Numbered from the stretch's first letter, positions 8,550 through 17,512 are shown. The stretch: DNA of 32,000 bases from Marinobacterium iners (GCF_017310015.1 NZ_CP022297.1:806774-838773); one strand, 5' to 3'. A program made the numbers and translations. Notes: generated by a model not told the origin, from the letters alone.

Positions 8550-10240
8550 GTGCGCGTGAGCCTGTTAACTTCGGTGTTAACCACTACCTGTTAACGCTGC
8601 GGTGCGCACCTGAATGCGTACCAATTTTGTGCGCACTTCCCTGCGTACCTTGGTGCGTACCTTGCCCGGTTGGTTTGCACTCTACTGCGAACCTGAAGCC
8701 GCGAACCTCAATGCGAACCTTGCTCGCTGTGCCGGTCGGTACGAACTCCAATTCGTACCAAACTTGTTCGAACCTCTGTTCGTACTTTCAGCCCTTATCG
8801 TTTTCGCTGGGGCCACAACCTTTCGATAGCTGGCGCTGATCTGTACTCGACCAGCCTTCGGATTGTTCATCCTCCATTGGAGGTTAGGGTCAGCAGGGTG
8901 GACGTTTTGTCCACCCCTCGATCATGGTTGGAGTCGGTCAAGCTGTCGGTGGGGTGTCACGTTTCGTTACCCCCTTCGAGGTCTGGTGTCGTGCTTTGCG
9001 ACTCCAGCCTGAATCTACCCAATATCGGGATCGTTCGATGGGGTATCGCATTTCGCTACCCCCTTCGTTGCCTGATCCAGCGCCAGCAGGTCGATAGCGG
9101 GATTCCGCTACCGGGGCAGCCATTACGGGGCGGGCAACAGCTCCGGCGGTCAACGGTGCGCCAGTGGGTACGATTCAGCGCCAGCGAATTACAGGTTGAT
9201 AGCTAATAACAATGACGATTCTTGCAACCTGATTTCAGGCATGGTTTTTGATATACCCTGTTCGCCTCGCTATACGGTTGCATTGCCCTGCAACAATCAA
9301 GTAATAAGCAAAAGCCGTGCCCATGATATTTTTCTATCAATGTGCCGGTCGCCTGCAACGCTCAGTATTGTTCATGGCAGGTATGGCTGTGGTGATTGGT
9401 GCGAGCCTTTCATTCTGGCCCTGTGCGGTGCGTTCGTCTTTGATCCATGCGCCAGCATACCCGCAACAGAACGGCGCTCTGGTCGCTTCCTGATACCGCT
9501 CCCCATTGGTGGTTAGGCATTTGGTAACTCCCTGCGGCGTAGGAGGTTAATCGGCTGCTGAATGATGGCCTGATTAACTTCCCCCATTGGGGGGAGTTGG
9601 TATGCGCAAGCATCTACGCTCCCGAAATATCGGTAACGTCCTCAATCTGAGGAAGTTGGTTCCGGGCTTTTACCCCATTGGGGGGGAAAGGCACTGCTGA
9701 ATAATCAGCAGTCGAGATCGGCAGCAGGTGTGTTGCTGGTGTGTTAGAAGGTGTGTTGCAGTATCGCTCAATGCGGAATGGCTACAGGCTTCCGGCATGT
9801 TGATTGGTGTGTTGGCTGAAGTGTTACCGGAATCCCGGCATCGGTAACTCTGGAAGCTGGCGCAATATCGGCGCTGGCTCCGGGTATCCCCAAATCTGGG
9901 GAAGCCCATTCGGATTTCAAATCTTTGTGGGATCACTCATGAAAACTCAGGAACGTGGCTCACCCGAAAAACCGGGTCAGTCATTCACCTGAAAAATCAG
10001 GTCAATGGATCACTACCCTTTTTGTGTAGTGATCTGCTGCGGCGCTGTTCAAAAGTAACGATTCGTTACCTTTGCGCCCAAAACTACTGTTTCGGTAGTT
10101 TTGCCTGAGTGGTAACGGTGGCGGCGTTACCTGATCGTTACCGGCTGATCCGCTGGTTGATCGGCAGGTGAAAGTTCCGGATTCACGGAACAAAGGTTCC
10201 GGCTACGCGGAACTATCCGGCAGCGCCAGCAGGTTTGTGA
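8550..10240. repeat. Non-coding stretch dense in short perfect inverted repeats (diverse hairpins)
   Basis: Read directly: GGTACGAA-CTCCAA-TTCGTACC (8738-8759), GGGTGGAC-GTTTT-GTCCACCC (8896-8916), CTGCTGA-ATAA-TCAGCAG (9694-9711), GATCACTAC-N9-GTAGTGATC (10008-10034), GTAACGA-T-TCGTTAC (10055-10069), CAAAACTAC-TGTTTCG-GTAGTTTTG (10079-10103), GGTAACG-GTGGCGG-CGTTACC (10111-10131). No convincing ORF in this interval. Confidence 0.7.
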
Positions 10241-10307
10241 CACGGTGTCTCAAACTACCGGGATGCCGGTATTATGAAGGCAACATCAAGGGTTAGAGGT
10301 TCTGATT

Positions 10308-11246
10308 ATGTTCAGCAGGGATAGAGCAATGGGCGCACTGGTTGGGTTAGCGGTTGGTGACGCTCTGGGCGCACCGGTGGAGTTCTGCCAAAGGGGGCGT
10401 TTTACTCCGGTCACTACCATGGCAGCAGGTGGCAAGTTCAAGATGAGCCTGGGTGAATGGACCGATGATACCGCCATGGCTCTGTGTTTGGCTGATAGCC
10501 TGATTGAATGCCGTGGCTTTGATGCTCGAGACCAGATGGAACGGTATTGGCGCTGGGGTAACGAAGGCTACAACTCGACCCGTGAAAGAGCCTTTGGCGT
10601 TGGCAAGACGGTGGCCAAGGCCATGAGCCGATACCGGCGTACCGGTGATCCTTTTGCGGGCTCTGATGATCCTTTGTCGGCAGGGAATGGATCCATCATG
10701 CGTCTGGCTCCGGTCGTTCTGTACTACCTTTCCCGGCCAGATGAGGCAACCCGTTTTGCTGCTGAGTCTTCACGAACAACACACCAGGCAGAGGAGTCGA
10801 TACAAGCCTGTCAGCTGATGGCGCATGTGATGTGTAAGGCGATTCACGGCGCAGAAGAAAAGGCCGAGCTGTTTCAAAACGCTTCCCACTTGGGCTGCTC
10901 TGGGCTGATTACTGGCATTGCAAACCGGTCATACCTCGATAAGCAGGAAGGCCAGATTCAAGGCAGCGGGTATGTTGTGGAGTCCTTGGAGGCGGCACTC
11001 TGGTGCTTTGAAACTACGGACAGTTTCCATGATGCGGTGCTGAAAGCAGTGAACCTGGGGGATGATGCCGATACTACTGGCGCTGTATGCGGGCAGATAG
11101 CTGGCGCTTATTACGGCTTTGACTCAATACCACCAGAGTGGGTTGGCGATCTCATGGAAGGACAGAGAATCATTGAAGCAGCAGAGTCTCTAATCAATCA
11201 GGGAATGGAAGTTATCCAGCCCAGTGACCACAAGGGCAGCATTTGA
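10308..11246 (+). CDS. ADP-ribosylglycohydrolase (DraG-like) family protein
   Basis: 312 aa. MGALVGLAVGDALGAPVEF, GEWTDDTAMALCLADSL, SAGNGSIMRLAPV and GDDADTTGAVCGQIAGAYYG are hallmark DraG/ARH motifs. Confidence 0.93.
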   Translation: MFSRDRAMGALVGLAVGDALGAPVEFCQRGRFTPVTTMAAGGKFKMSLGEWTDDTAMALCLADSLIECRGFDARDQMERYWRWGNEGYNSTRERAFGVGKTVAKAMSRYRRTGDPFAGSDDPLSAGNGSIMRLAPVVLYYLSRPDEATRFAAESSRTTHQAEESIQACQLMAHVMCKAIHGAEEKAELFQNASHLGCSGLITGIANRSYLDKQEGQIQGSGYVVESLEAALWCFETTDSFHDAVLKAVNLGDDADTTGAVCGQIAGAYYGFDSIPPEWVGDLMEGQRIIEAAESLINQGMEVIQPSDHKGSI

Positions 11247-11352
11247 AATGTAACCCCTGGGCTTTTACGCAGTCTGTGGAAAAGGGGAGGCGTCATCCAG
11301 TGTTCGGTGAATGTTCGCCTGGTAATCGGTGAATCAGCGCCAGCAGTGCCGC

Positions 11353-11637
11353 TCAGTCGCTGTCCTTTCGGGTGTATCGAATCTCCATGTAGCGGTCTGT
11401 TTCCCTGTCGTAGGTATCGAATGCCGGGAGGGTCACCGACTCCGGCTCTGGTGGCTTCTTGTGCGGCTTCAGCTTCGATTTGATCCGGCTCCAGATACCG
11501 GCCTTTGCTGATCTGTCTGTGGCTGTCATAGTGTCCTGATTCCGTTCAGTGGGTGAATGGACAGAATGCGCGAAGGCTGGCGGCAGAGCAATATCGGATT
11601 TTAAATCCAGATGGGGTAAACGGAATGAGCAATCCAA
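11353..11637 (-). CDS. Hypothetical small protein (DY-rich C-terminus)
   Basis: 94-aa ORF. The C-terminal half (IWSRIKSKLKPHKKPPEPESVTLPAFDTYDRETDRYMEIRYTRKDSD) looks protein-like; the true start may be the internal Met before TATDRSAKAG. No family recognised. Confidence 0.4.
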   Translation of the reverse strand: MDCSFRLPHLDLKSDIALPPAFAHSVHSPTERNQDTMTATDRSAKAGIWSRIKSKLKPHKKPPEPESVTLPAFDTYDRETDRYMEIRYTRKDSD

Positions 11638-12092
11638 CAGATAAGACGCAAGGCAAGCAGCAGGAACGGCAAGGCGGCGTGCGGTGCTTAACGCTCATGC
11701 TTCAGGATGAGGATCAGCAGCCGGTGATGAGGGAGGCCCAGATACAGGGCACCCCTGACCAGCCGCCAGAATCTGAAGCGCCAGCTCGGTAAGCAATGGA
11801 ATCTAGCCATTACCGGCTTGGTCGGATTTGAGATGCGGGTAAGATCAGCAGGTCACTCTAAGCCCTGTGGCGGGCTTTCGTGTATCCGGCAGGGCCAACG
11901 ATGGGGCCAACATTAGGGCCAACTGAAAGTGTTGCTCCTGCTGGTGCTGGTCAAGGAGGCGGTGATTTGCAGCCCCTCTGGAGCTGTTCCTGATTTAGTG
12001 CTGGCTGCGGTGCCTGGGGGTCTGATTCGGGGCACCCTTCAGACCGTTAAGCGGGTTCCATGCTGGAGCTGGTTCCAGATCGGAGCCAGTTG

Positions 12093-12485
12093 CTACAGAT
12101 CAGGCGATGGTGCTCGCTTCAGCTTCGGATCAAGTGCTGTACGCCAGTCGCTGCCTCGCTGCCTGCGCTTCTGTACCGTGCGCCACTTCAAGCCCAGTAG
12201 TCGGGCGAGGATACCGGCAGTCTCTTTGCCCTTCAGGGCGGTCTGTTCACGCCCATTGATCTTGATAACAACCTCAATGTCGAGCTGCTTGTTCCGTGAC
12301 GCCACACACTGATCCGCGTTATCTCGCATTGTGAAGCCGCTCCCGTTCGCTGGATGGTCGGTGGATATTCTATGCGGGGTGAGCTGCGTCAGCCAGTGAT
12401 CCAGCGCCAGCATACCCGGAAGGTTTGGCAGCAGCCGGGTAATGATCTGGTCATACCCAAACATGCTGCCTGTGCTCATCGTCAT
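12093..12485 (-). CDS. Hypothetical protein of the integrative element
   Basis: 130-aa ORF in the same orientation and just downstream of the replication-type genes. No family recognised. Confidence 0.4.
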   Translation of the reverse strand: MTMSTGSMFGYDQIITRLLPNLPGMLALDHWLTQLTPHRISTDHPANGSGFTMRDNADQCVASRNKQLDIEVVIKINGREQTALKGKETAGILARLLGLKWRTVQKRRQRGSDWRTALDPKLKRAPSPDL

Positions 12486-12539
12486 TACCTCATACGTTCG
12501 GGGAAGGATAGGGCCACCAGATCGGCAGCCCTGATTGGG

Positions 12540-12941
12540 TTAGTGCAGCCGCGTCCGCAGCCACGTGTTAGCAGCAAACCGTCCTGCATTGTCACGCTGG
12601 TACGATTTCAACTCAGGTGCGCCAGCAGTGGCCAGCCAGTGCGCCCGGTACTCTGTCAGCAACGCCTGCCTTTCATGCTCTGATCGGTACTGAATCAGTC
12701 CATCGATCCAAACCTGATCGTCCCATAGCAGGGGCAGATCAAGATCAGCCGCGCAGTACAGCATCATGCTTGTGTCGTTGGCAGCAGGGATGCCGCGCAG
12801 CTCATCCAGTAGTTGCTGCTTGTGTCGAGATAGCCAGTTGAGTTGATCCGGTGATAGCGGCTCCGGTGCCTGTACCTGCAAGTTATCGCCATCGGCTTGC
12901 AGGATCAGTCCGCGTTGAGCCAGGGTGTCAATCATGCTCAT
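12540..12941 (-). CDS. Small protein with TubC-N-terminal-docking-like domain
   Basis: 133 aa. N-terminus MIDTLAQRGLILQADGDNLQVQAPEPLSPDQLNWLSRHKQQLLDELRG resembles TubC_N-like domains found next to primase/helicase genes of integrative elements. Confidence 0.6.
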   Translation of the reverse strand: MSMIDTLAQRGLILQADGDNLQVQAPEPLSPDQLNWLSRHKQQLLDELRGIPAANDTSMMLYCAADLDLPLLWDDQVWIDGLIQYRSEHERQALLTEYRAHWLATAGAPELKSYQRDNAGRFAANTWLRTRLH

Positions 12942-12951
12942 CTGCCAGACC

Positions 12952-14523
12952 TCACAGGGTATACTTTGCGGACTGAAGTCCTGAATGTCCTATGTCCTGC
13001 TGTTTTACCTCCTCATGCCAGGACTTAGGACTTGCAGGACTTTGATCCGGTAACTTTACCTTGATACACCAGTGGACAGCCCCGCCTATCTTGCCCATTG
13101 AGTCACACTCAATATCGAGCTGGCGCAGTGCAGGTGCTGATCGGCGCAGCGCATCGCCCAACCCCTTTGCAGACTTCGGCCAGGAATCGCAACGCTCAGG
13201 CCGGTACTGCTCCAGGATGCGCATGATCTCCTTCACCGGGGCGTTGATCTCTTTGCGGTGTTCCAGTGCCTCGATAATCGCGGTGCAGACGGGACTGCTG
13301 TCTATGGTGCGGGATATGCTTTCACGGCGGTTGCCTTTGAACAGATCGAGAAATAGCCTTTCGTCCTGGTGGCTGATCCGAGTGAGTGCCATCCCAAGGG
13401 CGCAATACTCGATCATCCGTGGCCGGTCGGCTGCATCAATCGAGATAGTCGGCAGCAGCGCCAGAGCAGCACTTGCCAGGTCAAACAGTCCACTCAGTAT
13501 GGCCGGAAGGTCGCGCTCGAAATCGGCCCACTGGTCAGCCGAAGCGGTGCGGCTCTTAATCACGGGACACTCAATGCAAACCGTCCGGTCGAGCAAATCC
13601 TGTGCCGTAACCAATGCGCTGATCCCATTCACCAGCCAGGGGCGTTGAACGCTGATAACACTCTCATCTGCATCCGAGTACAGCTTGCGCTTGGCGAACC
13701 CGCCCCCGGTAGACAGCACGCACATGGCATCCTGCATCGGCCCGGTTAGGTGGCTCAGGTTTTCGTATGCAACCAAGTGGTTGACGCCTGCACAAACAAA
13801 CACATCTTCGGTGGCCTTGGGTGCGCCTCGCAGATTGCAGCCGTTCGGGTCGATCAGTCGGCGCAGTGACTCGGACGCAGTGCTTTTGCCTGATCCTTGC
13901 TCACCGATAAGCTCCAGTCCGGGGAAGGGGGTATCCGGTCGCAGTGCATCGATCAGCCAAGCAATCACCAGTGGCCGGTCGGCAGCAGGGATATTACAGA
14001 TACGCCATAACGGGTCGAGCGAGCCGTTTGCAGCAGGGACTGGCAGCGGCTGCATTGCCTCACCACGCACAAACAGGACGCCATGATTCTCAACCACGCG
14101 CCAGCCGGTACTGCTCCACTCAATCGCCCGACTTTTGCCTGGTTCACATAGGTCCAGGTAGTAGCGGCCACCCTGTTTGGCAACTCTCAGGTTAACGGTG
14201 CGCTCCTCACCTTCAAACCGCGCCAGGGCAGCCAAGGTGCCTAACGCTTCAGTCAAGGACTGGGACTTAACGGACTTCTGTTCTTCCTGGTAGAAGCCAG
14301 CGGCCAGCCAGTCCTTGAAGGCGCGGGAGTCAAGGCGGCGCGTTTCCTGAGTGTCCTGATCCAGTGCGTAGCAATCCCGGTTGCAGTCATGGAACAGCAC
14401 AACCCTTGCCTTGGCGTATTCAACCAAGCGGTCAGCCTGGGAGCGGCGATCCTCATCCGGTTTCTGCTGTTCCGGCACCGGCATGGCATCGATCTCTTCC
14501 AGCACATCGAGATAATCACCCAT
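12952..14523 (-). CDS. P-loop ATPase / putative replicative helicase-like protein of a satellite element
   Basis: 523 aa. Walker A LELIGEQGSGKSTASESLRRLIDP, then VNHLVAYENLSHL and RPWLVNGISALVTAQDLLDRTVCIECP. Confidence 0.7.
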   Translation of the reverse strand: MGDYLDVLEEIDAMPVPEQQKPDEDRRSQADRLVEYAKARVVLFHDCNRDCYALDQDTQETRRLDSRAFKDWLAAGFYQEEQKSVKSQSLTEALGTLAALARFEGEERTVNLRVAKQGGRYYLDLCEPGKSRAIEWSSTGWRVVENHGVLFVRGEAMQPLPVPAANGSLDPLWRICNIPAADRPLVIAWLIDALRPDTPFPGLELIGEQGSGKSTASESLRRLIDPNGCNLRGAPKATEDVFVCAGVNHLVAYENLSHLTGPMQDAMCVLSTGGGFAKRKLYSDADESVISVQRPWLVNGISALVTAQDLLDRTVCIECPVIKSRTASADQWADFERDLPAILSGLFDLASAALALLPTISIDAADRPRMIEYCALGMALTRISHQDERLFLDLFKGNRRESISRTIDSSPVCTAIIEALEHRKEINAPVKEIMRILEQYRPERCDSWPKSAKGLGDALRRSAPALRQLDIECDSMGKIGGAVHWCIKVKLPDQSPASPKSWHEEVKQQDIGHSGLQSAKYTL

Positions 14524-14974
14524 TGCGCAGCACCTCCTTGATCTTGGCTACTCGTGCAACTGCCTGCTGATAGTCGGCTTGATCCTTATCGGACAGTGCT
14601 TGTCCGGCCTTTTGAGCGTTCTCCGTCATCAGGATCAGCAGCTTCAGGTGGGACATTGCATCCTCAAGACGGCGGCGCTTCCAGTCGGGCAGTCCGGCAT
14701 AGTGCGGACGGTCGGTGCGCGGGTACAGATCGGCCACCTCAAGGCCAATGGCGGCGCAAATGTCGCTGATCTCACAACCCGCAAAACAGTGCATCAGCAC
14801 ACGGCCATCGGTGGTGTCGAAGCGGACAGACAGACTCGGGCTTTTGTCCTGGTGTGCAGGGCAACAGGCCATGTAACGATCTTTGCCGGTGGGCTTTACC
14901 CTGTCGAGCCGTCCCAGCAGATCGGCGGCGGTCAGCGGGTGACGCTGGTGTGGTTGTTTGAGCGGTGCGGTCAT
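14516..14974 (-). CDS. CHC2 zinc-finger (DnaG-type primase N-terminal) domain protein
   Basis: 152 aa. DRYMACCPAHQDKSPSLSVRFDTTDGRVLMHCFAGCEISDICAAIGLEVADLYP. Overlaps the ATPase gene. Confidence 0.85.
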   Translation of the reverse strand: MTAPLKQPHQRHPLTAADLLGRLDRVKPTGKDRYMACCPAHQDKSPSLSVRFDTTDGRVLMHCFAGCEISDICAAIGLEVADLYPRTDRPHYAGLPDWKRRRLEDAMSHLKLLILMTENAQKAGQALSDKDQADYQQAVARVAKIKEVLRNG

Positions 14975-15108
14975 CGGATCAGCCCCCAGTGAATAGCGGT
15001 CACGAAAAGGATGGTCGCGGTTTCGATAGGCCAGCCGGTCAGTGCTATAATGAGCATCTGCTTGACGGCGGCGGCCTGTGTGGTGCGGGTCGCTGCTTCC
15101 TTTCTCAT
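14971..15108 (-). CDS. Putative 45-aa membrane peptide
   Basis: Own translation: MRKEAATRTTQAAAVKQMLIIALTGWPIETATILFVTAIHWGLIR*. The stop overlaps the primase-fragment start (TCAT). One hydrophobic segment. Confidence 0.35.
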   Translation of the reverse strand: MRKEAATRTTQAAAVKQMLIIALTGWPIETATILFVTAIHWGLIR

Positions 15109-15119
15109 ATCACACCCCC

Positions 15120-15362
15120 TCAGGCCACACGGCTGTCAGCAATACGCGCTTCGATCCACGCATAAATCTCGCTTGCCAGCCAACCAACACTGGTGCCATT
15201 GGGGTTCAGTTTGATGGGCTTCGGGAAGCGGTCGAGGGAAATTTCACGATAGATTGTGCTGCGGCCAAGGCCGGTCAGCTCTTCCACCTGACGGCGGCGC
15301 AGAATCTGGAGTTCACGCTGTTGCAGCATTTCGGGGGTTGCGGTCATATTGCGTCTCCTCAA
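15120..15362 (-). CDS. AlpA-family transcriptional regulator / excisionase-like HTH
   Basis: 80 aa. ILRRRQVEELTGLGRSTIYREISLDRFPKPIKLNPNGTSVGWLASEIYAWIEARI is a canonical AlpA pattern. Confidence 0.92.
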   Translation of the reverse strand: MRRRNMTATPEMLQQRELQILRRRQVEELTGLGRSTIYREISLDRFPKPIKLNPNGTSVGWLASEIYAWIEARIADSRVA

Positions 15363-15857
15363 CCAAAGCCATCTTGCCCCTCACGTTTGGACGCTATGGG
15401 ACAGCATGAGACCGATATGGCTACAAGCAAAGCTTGACTGAACCACAAGTTCACTGATAACTTTGGCAATGTAAGTTAGGTTACTTAACATCTCTGCCAA
15501 GCAGTTAGCGGCTGCTGTGGGGAGGAAAATCGGCTCTGAAGCGCAAGCTCCAGGGCTTTTCTTCGTCTCCTGCAAAGACTTGTTGGCATTATACATACCG
15601 ATTGGGACTGTTTTTGCTATTTTTTTTGCTGCCCATCGAACCTGTGCTTTAAGAGTGAGGTTTTCTCAACCCAATAGAGGCGTTTGGAGTCGTTTCGCGT
15701 ACTTACGGGTAGTTTTGCGCCCATGGGAATATTAGAAAGTATCAAGCTGGCACCTGCCTCTTAACGCCGCGAGACTGTCACCTGCTCATCAAATCGCGTC
15801 ATCTGAAGTGTTCGTCAGGCTGATCGGCTGCCAAAGCTGGCCCCTCGATTTAAGGGG

Positions 15858-17219
15858 TCAGCCTGCCTGTTTGCCAAAGCTGGCGCTGATTACGTTGCTG
15901 CCCTCAGGCTGAGTCAGTACCGCCAGCCGTTGGCCTAGCGTCTGCCACGCGTGTTGCATCTCAGCAGCGTAGCTGTGGCGTTGGTATGTCCGCTTAACCC
16001 GGTTTTGCTCGGCATGGTTCAAGCAGCGTTCGGCCACTTCGGGCAGAATACCGGCCTCAACCATCATCGTTGCAGCGGTGCGCCTCAGATCGTGCGGTGT
16101 CCACTTGCCGCCCGGAAGCAACAGAGCCTGGCTGCTTTTGCTGCGGCCACTCATACGGTCTTGGTCTGGCTGACGCTGTCGATCCTGAAGCTGCTTGTTA
16201 ACGGTTTTGGGACATACCGGAGCGGTGCCATTTCTGTTCGGATAACACCATTGGCCTGAACCAGTGTGCTGCTGCAACGCTCTGAACTGCTGTACTGCAA
16301 AGTCAGATAGGTAAACAGTATGCGGTTTACCATTCTTGGTGCTGGGCATGTACCAAGTGTGCTGCTCAATGTTGATATGCCCCCACTCAGCAGACAGTAG
16401 CTCTCCAATTCGACAGCCGGTGGATAGAGCGATCCATACAGCCAGCTCGGTTGTTGGCATCAGCCCAGCGTCTGGCATCTGTTTTACCAGTAAGCGAACT
16501 TCCTCCTCCGACAGTACCCGGTCACGCTCCATGTTTTTGCCACCAATGTTGGCTTTGGCAATGGCAGCGGTAGGGTCAGCCTCGATAATTTCACGCACCA
16601 CAGCAAAGCGGAACATCTGCCGCATTTCGGACAGAGCTACCTTTGCCATACGGGGCGCACCCCTTGCCATGATTGAGTCTGTGATTTGGGTAACATGGCT
16701 GCGGCGAATATCCTCGGCTGCAAGCTGGCCTATCTTTGGCAGCACGTCAATCGTAAACAGGCGTAGGGTACTTTCACCTCGGTCTTTTCTGCGGATCAGA
16801 TCAACCTTCATCCAGTGTTTAAACAGATCGTTGATCGTCATGCGGCTACGGTGAAGCTGGTTCTCTCTTTCCAGACGGATGCGCTCGGCTTCCTCCCTTG
16901 CCTGCCTGTGCTGTTCCTCCGCTTCAAGGTGTTCACGCAGATTGGTAATGCCGCTCTGGTGTAGACCGGCAAGCTCTTTGGCCCTGAGTCTGGCTTGTGT
17001 CAATGTCAGGCAGCCCAACTTCTCCTCTCGGCTGTAATTGCCGATAGGCATCGTTACCCGCTTGCCCTGGCTATCGATATACCGGAAGTAGAAAATGCGC
17101 TCGCCTTTGGGGGTGATCCTCACAGTCAGGGCGCCATGACCTCTGATAACGCTCTCACTCAGCCACCGGCTTCCTGTGCCGGGTTTCGCATTGATCTGAC
17201 GGTCAGTAATTGAAGCCAT
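15858..17219 (-). CDS. P4-type tyrosine integrase (DUF4102-like N-terminus)
   Basis: 453 aa. N-terminal arm-binding-like region (LTVRITPKGERIFYFRYIDSQGKRVTMPIGNY); catalytic motifs TGCRIGELLSAEW, HDLRRTAATMM, LNHAEQNRVKRTYQRHSY. Confidence 0.93.
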   Translation of the reverse strand: MASITDRQINAKPGTGSRWLSESVIRGHGALTVRITPKGERIFYFRYIDSQGKRVTMPIGNYSREEKLGCLTLTQARLRAKELAGLHQSGITNLREHLEAEEQHRQAREEAERIRLERENQLHRSRMTINDLFKHWMKVDLIRRKDRGESTLRLFTIDVLPKIGQLAAEDIRRSHVTQITDSIMARGAPRMAKVALSEMRQMFRFAVVREIIEADPTAAIAKANIGGKNMERDRVLSEEEVRLLVKQMPDAGLMPTTELAVWIALSTGCRIGELLSAEWGHINIEQHTWYMPSTKNGKPHTVYLSDFAVQQFRALQQHTGSGQWCYPNRNGTAPVCPKTVNKQLQDRQRQPDQDRMSGRSKSSQALLLPGGKWTPHDLRRTAATMMVEAGILPEVAERCLNHAEQNRVKRTYQRHSYAAEMQHAWQTLGQRLAVLTQPEGSNVISASFGKQAG

Positions 17220-17388
17220 GTTGTACCCATCCCAAAGCTGGTTGCCATTCGGTTGCCATTTGAGATTAGCTTAGCTAGGTACGAATGGGAACGATAAGGA
17301 CGAGGAGTTTTTAATAATGCTTTAGTTTCAGATAGTTACGTATGTTCGGTGGAATGGCTTGGATTTGCTGGGAATGGTTTTTTCTTTT

Positions 17389-17433
17389 ATGGGGTGCAAG
17401 GGGTAGCAGGTTCAAATCCTGCCGTCCCGACCA
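17389..17433 (+). other. att-type 3' fragment of a tRNA-Pro(GGG)-like gene
   Basis: ATGGGGT GCAAG GGGTA GCAGG TTCAAAT CCTGC CGTCCCG A CCA: anticodon loop with GGG, 3' half of the anticodon stem, variable loop, complete T arm, acceptor 3' strand, discriminator and CCA. The 5' half (expected CGGGACG... and CTTGC before the loop) is absent; TTCTTTT is there instead. Confidence 0.8.
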
Positions 17434-17512
17434 TTTATTTGATTTATTTTCAATAGGTTAGCAGCATTCAGTGTGGGATTTGTCCCATCATTGTCCCACA
17501 GCCTTATATTTG

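Larger units (their letters stand above)
12540..17433. mobile_element. Core of an integrative satellite-like element (boundaries other than the tRNA fragment not determined)
   Basis: Collinear ATPase, CHC2 primase fragment, AlpA regulator and integrase, ending at a 3' tRNA fragment (17389-17433). The left boundary is not determined and may lie outside the window. Confidence 0.6.

Noticed and set aside
8614-10193. Short ORFs in the hairpin-rich interval (8614..8829, 8877..9206, 9196..9516, 9670..9936, 10002..10193)
   Set aside because: Compositions follow the short repeated DNA words, the frames overlap on both strands and no domain or plausible ribosome-binding context was found. The interval is treated as non-coding.
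17389-17433. Annotating a complete tRNA gene here
   Set aside because: The D arm, 5' acceptor strand and 5' half of the anticodon stem are missing, so only a 3' fragment is present.
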